In this document: positions 1 to 8,043 of the stretch, one piece after another
Position numbering within the stretch: position 1 is the stretch's first letter
How the letters are laid out: each line of letters opens with the position of its first letter
Assembly: GCA_001662655.1 (NCBI GenBank)
Contig: KV460278.1
Source: Pseudogymnoascus verrucosus
Taxonomy: Eukaryota
Strand: one strand, 5' to 3'
DNA length: 20,000 nucleotides
Translations under genes and position numbers: made by a program
The notes under the pieces: generated by a model
Told to the model about the DNA's origin: nothing
The model's input: the letters and a program-made list of their open reading frames with translations, nothing else
The model's database searches: none

Positions 1-1065
1 GCGTGGAATATCCGGCAAATGGGCGTACTCGACCTGCCCGCCCTGATCGCGCGCGTGCTCTCCGCTACCGGCGCGCCGAAGTTGGGATTAGTAGCCCACA
101 GCCAGGGAACGACGCAGACGCTCGTGGCGCTGGCGAAGGAGCAGAGGCCGGATCTGGGGGAAAGGATTAGTGTGTTTTGTGCGCTGGCGCCGGCGGCGTA
201 TGCGGGGCCGTTGATTGGGAAGATGTATTTTAAGTTCATGCGGCTTATTTCGCCGGGGGCGTTTAGGGTGTTCTTCGGGATCCACGCGTTTATCCCGTTT
301 ATGATGACGATGCACTCACTCCTCCCGGGGAATCTGTATGGTGCGCTGGGGTACCGCGTGTTTAGCTTCTTGTTTGGGTGGTCGGATGATAGGTGGGATA
401 GGGGGTTGAGGGATCGGATGTTCCAGTTTAGTCCTGTGTATGTGTCTGCGGAGTCGATGAGGTGGTGGTTGGGGAGGGAGTGCTTTGCGAAGCAGAAGTG
501 TATTTTGCAGACGAGGGAGGAGTGGAGGGAGGAGGATAAACAGGATAGAGTGGAGGAGGAGAAACGGTCGTCTCCCGTTCTTGCGGCCGCTGACGCAGAG
601 TCTGGAGTCGAAGATGTTGAGAGGAGTGGAAGTCACGTCCACAAGGCGTCCACGGCGTGGTATGACTGCCGCGCGCCCCCTTTCGCTCTTTGGGTCGCGG
701 GTTCAGATCTCCTTGTTGATGGTAGGCGATTACTGCGCCGGTTTGCGAGCGGGAGAGAACCGCATGTTAGGGTTGTGCATCAGAAGGTTATAGAGGAGTA
801 TGAGCATCTTGATGTTATTTGGGCTGTTGATGTTGTGGAGAAGGTTGGGAGAGAGGTGAAGGAGGTGTTGTGGGCGACGTGTGAGGGGAGGGAGGGGTGG
901 AGGGTGCCGGTTGGATGTGAGGAGGTTGATGTTTGGGATGGGAAGGGGGTGGTGGGGAGTGGGAAAGAGAAGGGTGGTGAGGGGAGTGCGAGTGCAGAGG
1001 GGAGTGGGGAGAGTGAAATTGAAGAAACCGGGCGGGCGAGGGTGAAGCCTAGAGGCCGCCTGTAG
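1..1065 (+). CDS. Alpha/beta-hydrolase lipase, fungal steryl-ester hydrolase type (Tgl1/Yeh1/Yeh2-like); 5'-partial
   Basis: The frame is open from base 1 (AWNIRQMGVLDLPALI...), so the gene starts upstream of the window. Nucleophile elbow AHSQG, the ALAPAAY motif, candidate catalytic Asp (GSDLLVDG) and His (EYEHLDVIWA) match the acid-lipase/steryl-esterase family. Stop TAG at 1063-1065. Confidence 0.9.
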   Translation, partial: AWNIRQMGVLDLPALIARVLSATGAPKLGLVAHSQGTTQTLVALAKEQRPDLGERISVFCALAPAAYAGPLIGKMYFKFMRLISPGAFRVFFGIHAFIPFMMTMHSLLPGNLYGALGYRVFSFLFGWSDDRWDRGLRDRMFQFSPVYVSAESMRWWLGRECFAKQKCILQTREEWREEDKQDRVEEEKRSSPVLAAADAESGVEDVERSGSHVHKASTAWYDCRAPPFALWVAGSDLLVDGRRLLRRFASGREPHVRVVHQKVIEEYEHLDVIWAVDVVEKVGREVKEVLWATCEGREGWRVPVGCEEVDVWDGKGVVGSGKEKGGEGSASAEGSGESEIEETGRARVKPRGRL

Positions 1066-1237
1066 GGGTTGAGTGGAGGTGGGATTTAGCGTGTATATAT
1101 ATGTATAAGCTTGGAGTTTTTGGACCTGGGCCCCAGGAAAAAGGGGAAAGGAATTGGATATACAGCACCCCTGTTATTGCTTATTATAAACCTACATCAC
1201 AACTGACTTTCCCACTACCATACCAGCCCACCCCATC

Positions 1238-2074
1238 TCACCAGCCATTCTCAAAACCCACACTCGCAATCCTCATCCGATTCCTGCCTACAACCATCCA
1301 CCCCCCCTTCTCCCTAAACTGCCTCCCCACCCCCCTCTGAAACCCCCTAAACTGCTCCTTCTCCTCCTCCCCATGCCCTCTTTCTTCCCCCTCCTCCCCC
1401 TCCACCCCCACAAACTCCCTCAACAAGCACCTCCCCCCATCCCACCCCTCCGGCGGCTTCACCTCCGTCCCGCACCCGGGCCTGGGACCGATCACTAACA
1501 CGAGCCTCTCGACGTCGTGGAATAAATCCCGGCCGACGAAACGTAATATCATCGCCCCCTGGCTATTCGCGAACTGGCTCGCGCTGAGGCCTATATTCCT
1601 CAATCCCGTGATGGGGGAGGCTTGAGCGGCGAGGTGGTCACGTATCCACTTCACAAGCCGCGTCACCCTAATCGCCGGTTCATCCCCCAGCAGCACGAGG
1701 GTATCCATATCAGGCGCAATATATAGAACCCGACGTTGCGCCCACGGCGGCCGATGATGCATCTCCGACGCCAGCGGGAGAGCAATCGAATACGTCATCA
1801 GCGCGGCATTCCGGGACTCGAGACTCGTAGACAAGGCAGCTGGGTTGTAAGACCGCGATTGGAACGGGGGAGGACCGTGGGAGTCTGGGGAGGAGGCGTT
1901 GTGTGGGTTTGCGTAGTGGGCGCGGGGGTAGTGGAGTTCGAGGGTGCGGGGGTGGAAGGAGAGTGTCCAGATTGAGAGGCGGATTTCGGGGGGGAGGTGG
2001 AGGAAGAGGGGGAAGGTTGTGAGGCTGGTGGAGGGGGTGGGTGGATGTGCCGGACCTGTCGCGGCGGCCGCCAT
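1238..2074 (-). CDS. 2EXR-type domain hypothetical protein (278 aa)
   Basis: Intronless ORF, ATG in CACCATGG context. N-terminal pattern TFPLFLHLPPEIRLSIW...PR...PAALSTSLESRNAAL..Y followed by YIAPDMDTLVL is typical of the fungal 2EXR family. Convergent with the lipase across a 172-bp gap. Confidence 0.8.
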   Translation of the reverse strand: MAAAATGPAHPPTPSTSLTTFPLFLHLPPEIRLSIWTLSFHPRTLELHYPRAHYANPHNASSPDSHGPPPFQSRSYNPAALSTSLESRNAALMTYSIALPLASEMHHRPPWAQRRVLYIAPDMDTLVLLGDEPAIRVTRLVKWIRDHLAAQASPITGLRNIGLSASQFANSQGAMILRFVGRDLFHDVERLVLVIGPRPGCGTEVKPPEGWDGGRCLLREFVGVEGEEGEERGHGEEEKEQFRGFQRGVGRQFREKGGWMVVGRNRMRIASVGFENGW

Positions 2075-2919
2075 GGTGAGGTTGTGAGGCGTGGACTAGG
2101 TCCCCTGGATGTAGATCGTGGGGAGAGCTAGACACGGCGGTAGGCTTGGGCTAGGTCCCCTTCATGGAGAGATTGGGGAGAGCTAGATGGAGAGGTGTGC
2201 GGGGAAGATGGTGGGGTTGTCGTTGGGAGAGTGAATTTGGGATATCACGTGAGCTTTGTGAATGTGGTCGCGGCTTTGTATTTTTCCAGTCATTTAGCCC
2301 CTTGAGTGGCTTTGATGTGGCACCTCTGTAGCAACCTTCGTGAATACGAGTTGTTTGTGGCACCGCGTGTAATAAAGTTATAATTAGTGTTATATAGCCT
2401 AGCGGGTAGAGCCTCGTCGCCCGCCCCCACTTGCCCTTATTTTGTGATCGCGACTACCCCTAATACCTTACAACTCGAAAGTAGGTCTCAAATTTACGAC
2501 GCGTTGTGCCGCGACAGGAAAAATCTCATTGGGGAGAACGACGACCAGTGAAAGACCCTTGTTGGTCTGCTTTAGCGCTAAAATTTGCATGTCCAACTAT
2601 AAGGCACGCCTTGCGCAGACAGGTATCGTGGCTGGGGACATCGCAGCCTCAGCCTTCGACGCCACAAAAATGTGACCATTCTTAAACCAGGGAAATCGCT
2701 AGATCCTTTTCCGCAGCAATAATGAGGAGAGATTGAAGACGGCGGTAAAGACTGTGGCGTCCACTGCTAGCTGAAAGTGTGAAACAGCACGCGCACGGCA
2801 GCGAGATAATTATAGACGCAGCCTTGTCGTCGACGCTACAATATAACCTGACATTTCCTCCTGTATTTTGACTTCGAGATTATTAATTTTCGATACAGGC
2901 AATGTCGACACTCAGATCT

Positions 2920-3262
2920 ATTATATCGCAAGTCTAGCCTCCCAAAGGGGCTGTCATTCTGCAAATATCAAGCGTGCAAGCCTGGTCTATGGAGAAACTC
3001 TGATTCCATTATATCGCAAGTCTAGCCTCTCGAAGGGGCTGCCGTTCTACGAATATCAAGCGTAGCAAGCTTGGTCTCTGGAGATATATATTACAAGTCT
3101 AGCCCCTCGGATGGTTGTCGTTCTACGAAAATAAAGCGCAGCAAGCTCGGTCTCTGGCGATCCCAGATTGTCACAACTCTCGCATGCTCAACTTTACGCA
3201 TAGCCCCTCAAAGGCCTTTCATCGTGCCACAAATACCAAGCGCAAGAAGTTCGGTCTCTGAC
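2920..3262. repeat. Degenerate tandem array of four ~65-75 bp units
   Basis: Shared core (caagtc)TAGCCyCT..ggggctg..ttct.c.aatatcAAGCG..gcaagc.tGGTCTCTG. Units start near 2920, 3008, 3087 and 3200. Copies 1-3 are clear; copy 4 is more decayed. Confidence 0.85.
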
Positions 3263-3315
3263 TATTACTCGAGTTGAACCCTACAAATCGGCTCACTGCC
3301 TACATATCTCATAAA

Positions 3316-4680
3316 ATGCTTTCTTCACGTGGATGCATCTTTGTCCTAATTTGGGCTTACTCCCAAGTTGCCCAAGCATATACAAAGTTTGAACCGGAGT
3401 GCACGAATCCTAAAGAGGCTGTCAATTTTGTCTCTTCGCCTCCCACACGTGGGACATTGGATATACTATGGAGCTCTCTGTTCACTATATTTGCATGCAC
3501 CTGGTCTGTTCTACACCTTAATGTACCGCAGCAGAGAGTCAACCGGGACCCTGGGATACTGGGGGATCTCAAGTGGGGGATAAAAACAGTTTTGAGCAAA
3601 ACAAAATGGATGCTCTACACGGTTTTGGCCCCTGAAGTTCTTCTGCTCTATGCTGTCGCAAGACTCGTCAGTGCTTGGGAACAACACCCAGAGATAAAAG
3701 CTTTCGCTGACGCCGACCGAGTTCCATGGACGCTAGCCCATACGACATTCGCAGATATGGGCGGGTTTGTTGTACGAGGCAGGTCGGATCGTATTGGCGG
3801 AGTATCCCCTGGATCTGAGATGCCCACGGCCCCAATCCAGACACAGGTTAATGAAAGTGACCCAATCTCGGATTACGCCAACGAGTGGTATATATTGGAT
3901 CTAAAAACTATTCGGAGGTTGCGATCTGAAGGGCATATCACACTTCCTTGCATCCTTAAGGCTGAGATAGATGACCACTCAAAGGGGGATACCTTCACCA
4001 AGGTTATAGCCGCCACTCAAATCATCTGGACGATTGCGAATGCTATTACCCGAGCCTGCCGAGGCCTTGCAATCTCCCAGCTAGAAGTATCCGTTGTAGC
4101 GTTCGCAGTTTGCGCACTTCTCATCTATGCCAGTTACTGGTATAGCCCCAAGGACGTATCGGTCCCAATAACTTTTCTCCAGTGGAGAGGGCCTGTACCT
4201 TCTACAATTGCAAAGATCATCGTTAAGGGGGTAGTCTCGACTCGTCCCAAACGATATGTGGGGGTCAAAACAGGCCAAGCCCCCTTTAGGAATACCTTCG
4301 CCTACGACAACAAGAGCAGGCTCGATGTCTACACGCTTTTTTGGGGCGCTTTCTTCTTTGGCGGACCGCACCTTCTGGCGTGGAATTTTACGTTCCCTAC
4401 CCCAGCCGAGAGGATTATATGGCGAGCAACATCGTTATATTGTTCGTCAGTTGGACTAATAATATATTTTTTTTTCTATGTCCTAGAAAAGCCACTGAAG
4501 AATCTCGATATCGAATGGTCAAACACCTCTAGATTCTTGGACTTCCTTTCATATATTATCATGGCAATTTACCTATTAGCACGGCTCTTCCTGCTTGTTG
4601 AAACATTTAGGACTCTTCTTTTCTTACCCCCGAGCGCTTATATTGCAACCTGGACCTCAAGCGTGCCTATGTTTGGCTAA
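3316..4680 (+). CDS. Uncharacterised fungal multi-pass membrane protein with N-terminal signal peptide (454 aa)
   Basis: First in-frame ATG at 3316 (AAAATG). Signal-like MLSSRGCIFVLIWAYSQVAQA. Motifs RGTLDILWSSLFTIFACTWSVLHLNVP, WTLAHTTFADMGGF, EIDDHSKGDTFTK, ISQLEV, WYSPKDV, HLLAWNFTFPTPAERIIWR and ARLFLLVETFRTLLFLPPSAY match a widespread, often expanded fungal family of unknown function. About 6-7 hydrophobic segments; intronless. Confidence 0.85.
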   Translation: MLSSRGCIFVLIWAYSQVAQAYTKFEPECTNPKEAVNFVSSPPTRGTLDILWSSLFTIFACTWSVLHLNVPQQRVNRDPGILGDLKWGIKTVLSKTKWMLYTVLAPEVLLLYAVARLVSAWEQHPEIKAFADADRVPWTLAHTTFADMGGFVVRGRSDRIGGVSPGSEMPTAPIQTQVNESDPISDYANEWYILDLKTIRRLRSEGHITLPCILKAEIDDHSKGDTFTKVIAATQIIWTIANAITRACRGLAISQLEVSVVAFAVCALLIYASYWYSPKDVSVPITFLQWRGPVPSTIAKIIVKGVVSTRPKRYVGVKTGQAPFRNTFAYDNKSRLDVYTLFWGAFFFGGPHLLAWNFTFPTPAERIIWRATSLYCSSVGLIIYFFFYVLEKPLKNLDIEWSNTSRFLDFLSYIIMAIYLLARLFLLVETFRTLLFLPPSAYIATWTSSVPMFG

Positions 4681-7127
4681 GGATTAGGTAGCTCATAATA
4701 TCTGTATTGTATCTTTCATTACATACCTAAGTAATTAAGAGCATCTATTATACCGTCAACTACTGTATATGACGCAATTTTAGATAATCTTAAGTGGTTA
4801 AGAGCGTTGGTTTACTCTGTAGTTCCTATAAACAGTGTCATAATAGACAGGCTCTAGTGAGTAAGAGTATTTATTTTTCTATAGTTACTATAAGCAGCGC
4901 CATTACGGACAGGCCCCCTCTAAACTTTCAGACTGTACGAGTATATCTCCAACGTGTTTCTCATGTCCGTCACCAGCATTCAGTGTCCCCCGTCCCATGC
5001 TGCTTGGGTAGCATCGTCGCCATGCCTCTTTCCGCCCCAATTCCGATCACAGGGCTGAATACAGCAAATGTGAACGAAGTACGCTGCGCGGGCAGTGGAT
5101 AAGGTCGCATTCTGCGAAGGAGCGCAGGTCGCGGTATATGGAATCCTCGCCCACGCTCTAGCTCTCGAATGGGATTCACGCACAGAGAGATACAACAAGG
5201 ACTCCGAGAAAGAAAGCAAATAAGGGGTATCCGAATTCGCAACAAAGCGCTCTGGTCATTCACCAAATACAGATTGATTTGAGGTCTAGATTACAATGAA
5301 TGGGAGAAAGGACAAGCACCATCCATTCCTTGCTCCATGAGATATTTAGGACCGAAAACGCAACCCGCCCCCTTCTCAGAAGAGCAAGAAAACTTAGAAG
5401 TAGGAATACATTTTGTTGGACAACGTGAATTTTACTTTTGACAGAGAGTCGGTCACAGTGGAAATGGGCGAAATCATACCATATCACATCATATCTTCCT
5501 CCTCTCTGTCAATTTTCCTGTCTCCCACCTCCCCCTATTCCCCAAGGCAACGAAACCACCCCAATAACCATCTACCCCTATTCAACAGCACCACTTACTT
5601 TCACGTGATACCGCGCTCTCTTCCCATTCACATGCTCCACCACTCCAACGACTCCGTAACGGCCCGCATCTCCTCATCAGGAAAGCCGCACTGCATTACG
5701 CCCGCCCTCCACCTCGCTCCCCCCCCAGACCCATAGTTATGCCACGACGAATGCAAGCCGCGCTGCAGGTGTCAAGAAGCAGTTATGTGACGTGGAGAAC
5801 GGGCTATCGGCCGGTAGACAGGACAAGAGGGTGTGCCGTAGGCACCACAGGATAAGGAGCCACACTTCTTCTGCGCCCAAGACGGCAAACTGGGAGCGGT
5901 GAGAAAGCACCTACATGTTTCCATCGCGCTGTGGGTGTGCTGGTTATAGATAGCGATGCAATGCCCATGTGGCGAGCTCGATGTACGCGAGGAGGGGGAT
6001 AGGGTGGAGGCTTGATTCGCTGTGGTGGGGTGGTCTCGAATCGTGTCGTGCAGATGCAATACCGCTTCAGTACCGCTACGGCGCTAGATGGCTGGGATGC
6101 TTATGCGGGACGATCGATAAGGGAGGGAGAGAGGGGGGGTGGGGGCGGCCAATGGGTGGGCTTATGTATGTACTGGATATCGGGAATTGGGGAGAGGATG
6201 TTATCGTTTCCTTGATGCTGACGGAAGGGGTAGCTATAATAGAGGGGAGCTTGCATCAGGACGCGCAAGACATTACCTCATTGCTTTCGAGCTGTAGAGG
6301 TAGGTACAGTGAGCTATACGAGGTCGAGATCGACTGATCGAGATTGTTAATGGCAGAGAGTCTGGAGCTCAATCCCGCTGGTCGTAAGCATATTGCGTTT
6401 CGTCTCCTCTCCACCCGAGTGCAGCATCATCACCGTCAAAAACCTCTACGCAATCGCCCGCCATCCCACATCGTTAGCACGTGTAAACCCCCTCCCCGGT
6501 CCATTGACCCCTAGCCCACCCCCCTAGCCGCCCTACGAGGCACACTCGCCGCTGGAGTTGCCGATCCGCATCCCATCCCGAGGAGATGTAGGCATACATC
6601 TGTACTTGTAGTATAATGTACCAATTACGCGCCGGGATCTGACACACACACATACTGTTGTTGGTAGTGTAGAAGATACAATGGCCGCCCTGTTATCCGT
6701 TCCCCGAATAGATGGTCTAGACCGGAGCGCACGATGGGGAGTTGATAGGCTGGGCTGGGATGGAGTGGGCGGATGATGGAATGGGATTCTTGGAAGGCAT
6801 GGGTATAGGTTTGTTGATGGTTGGGATAGGGAAGGAAGGACAGGGCAGGGGCGGGCTGTTAGAGTGCGGGCAGTAGCGCGGGTAATCGATCGGCCGGGTG
6901 GTGGTGCTTGTCGGGCTAAGGACATAGTTGTAGGAGACAACTTGACTTCAATTAGAAAATTACATTGTAGCTTTCCATTGTTGCCCTAAATCAGTCAACT
7001 TTCCTCCATGAAAGACAGAAAATCCACGAATCAGCCGGCCGAGCTTAAACTCCGGTGGAGAACTCCATACAACGACTGATGCCCCTACTCCGACAACCAG
7101 TAGCCCCGATCCTTCTCCGAAAATTAA

Positions 7128-7458
7128 CTACGTCTCTGGGGGCGTCGCATGCCAACAACACTTTACTCCAGCGGCATCGGGCCCTGCTATGCATGGCAGT
7201 TGCACTATAACGTCGTATTGACCCATGCAGCCTCGACCCAAAGGCGGTTCGCAAGTTGCTCCTGCCTTTTCACATATATTTCCCTTCCACCCAACTTGTG
7301 CCATGACTCCTATGCGTATGATTAGCACATGTGAACTGCAGCAGCTCGCTGTTAGTACAAACCACAGATGAAAAGACTTGTGATATTAGCATCGTAGTGA
7401 TTAAATCTATATGAGGCATATCAACTTACCCAAGTATGGTAAAGGGTGTGTATCTCAT
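7128..7458 (-). CDS. Small secreted cysteine-rich peptide, beta-defensin-like Cys spacing; join(7430-7458, 7363-7376, 7128-7309), 74 aa
   Basis: Spliced product MRYTPFTILGLFICGVMA|QVGWKGNICEKAGATCEPPLGRGCMGQYDVIVQLPCIAGPDAAGVKCCWHATPPET*. Intron 1 (7377-7429) is GTAAGT..GCTAAT..AAG and intron 2 (7310-7362) is GTTTGT..GCTAAT..TAG, both 53 nt. Exons total 29+14+182=225 nt in frame. 18-aa signal peptide ending VMA. Mature pattern C-x6-C-x7-C-x11-C-x10-CC. Confidence 0.8.
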
Positions 7459-7550
7459 CTTGGGCTAGGTCTAGTTGGGGAAATGATATAATTTAGCTTT
7501 GGAAGTGTAAATTATATCGCCGTTATATTTTAGGGATTAGAAAAAGGCAT

Positions 7551-7556
7551 TTTATA
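7551..7556 (-). promoter_or_regulatory. Candidate TATA box of the Cys-rich peptide gene
   Basis: TATAAA on the minus strand about 93 nt upstream of the ATG at 7458. The region is AT-rich, so specificity is limited. Confidence 0.35.
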
Positions 7557-7723
7557 GTCTAGAAAAGCAAGCGTATCATAAATGTAATATAAACCATACA
7601 CTTACACATCGTAGGTTGCATTGGCTTCTACGAGTTTTACACATTTACACATCGCAGGCTGCAATTAGCTTTTATATAAAACTTGTTAAATCAGGAAGTG
7701 GCTCTATTGTGGTACAAATCTGC

Positions 7724-8043
7724 CAGTCATACAAGAACCCCCCCCCAAGTCGTCCCAATCACAAAAAAATAAAGCAATTTGGGCGCAGCTGAATCGCGTC
7801 AAACTCATAAACCAAAGGTCGCATGATCAAAACATACAAATTCTCATTGGAACCTACGATAAGTAAATATCTAAGTTGTGAATCAAGATATAGCTTCATT
7901 ATAAAAATTTAGCGATGACTCAGTGCTACAAGAACTCCAATAAGCCGCCCGTTATCACAAGAAAACAAAGCAATTTGGCGCAGCGGAAGCGCGCCGGGCT
8001 CATAACCCGGAGGTCGCATGATCGAAACATGCAATTGCTAATT
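7724..8043. repeat. Diverged ~120-bp direct repeat pair (7724-7848 and 7921-8043)
   Basis: Both copies share tacaagaac, atcacaa, aaagcaattt(g)ggcgcagc, ctcataa and aggtcgcatgatc.aaacat.caa in the same order and spacing. Confidence 0.85.

Noticed and set aside
2395..2413. tRNA A-box-like TAGCCTAGCGGGTAGAGC
   Set aside because: No B-box (GTTCRA) or cloverleaf follows.
2642..2858. Weak ~40-bp repeat pair (cgcagcct..tcgacgcYacaa) at about 2642 and 2817
   Set aside because: Too short and degenerate to separate from chance without an alignment.
2920..3262. CRISPR-like interpretation of the repeat array
   Set aside because: Eukaryotic context, long degenerate units, short irregular linkers and no cas genes.
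3274..3315. Extended N-terminus given in the ORF track
   Set aside because: It starts at TTG. The first ATG (3316) has good context and directly opens the signal peptide.
4790..4830. tRNA D-arm-like AGTGGTTAAGAGCGTTGG
   Set aside because: No acceptor stem or proper T-loop can be built.
5772..6059. Cys-containing minus-strand ORF as a second secreted peptide
   Set aside because: No signal peptide, an unconvincing Cys pattern and no splice model that supplies a leader.
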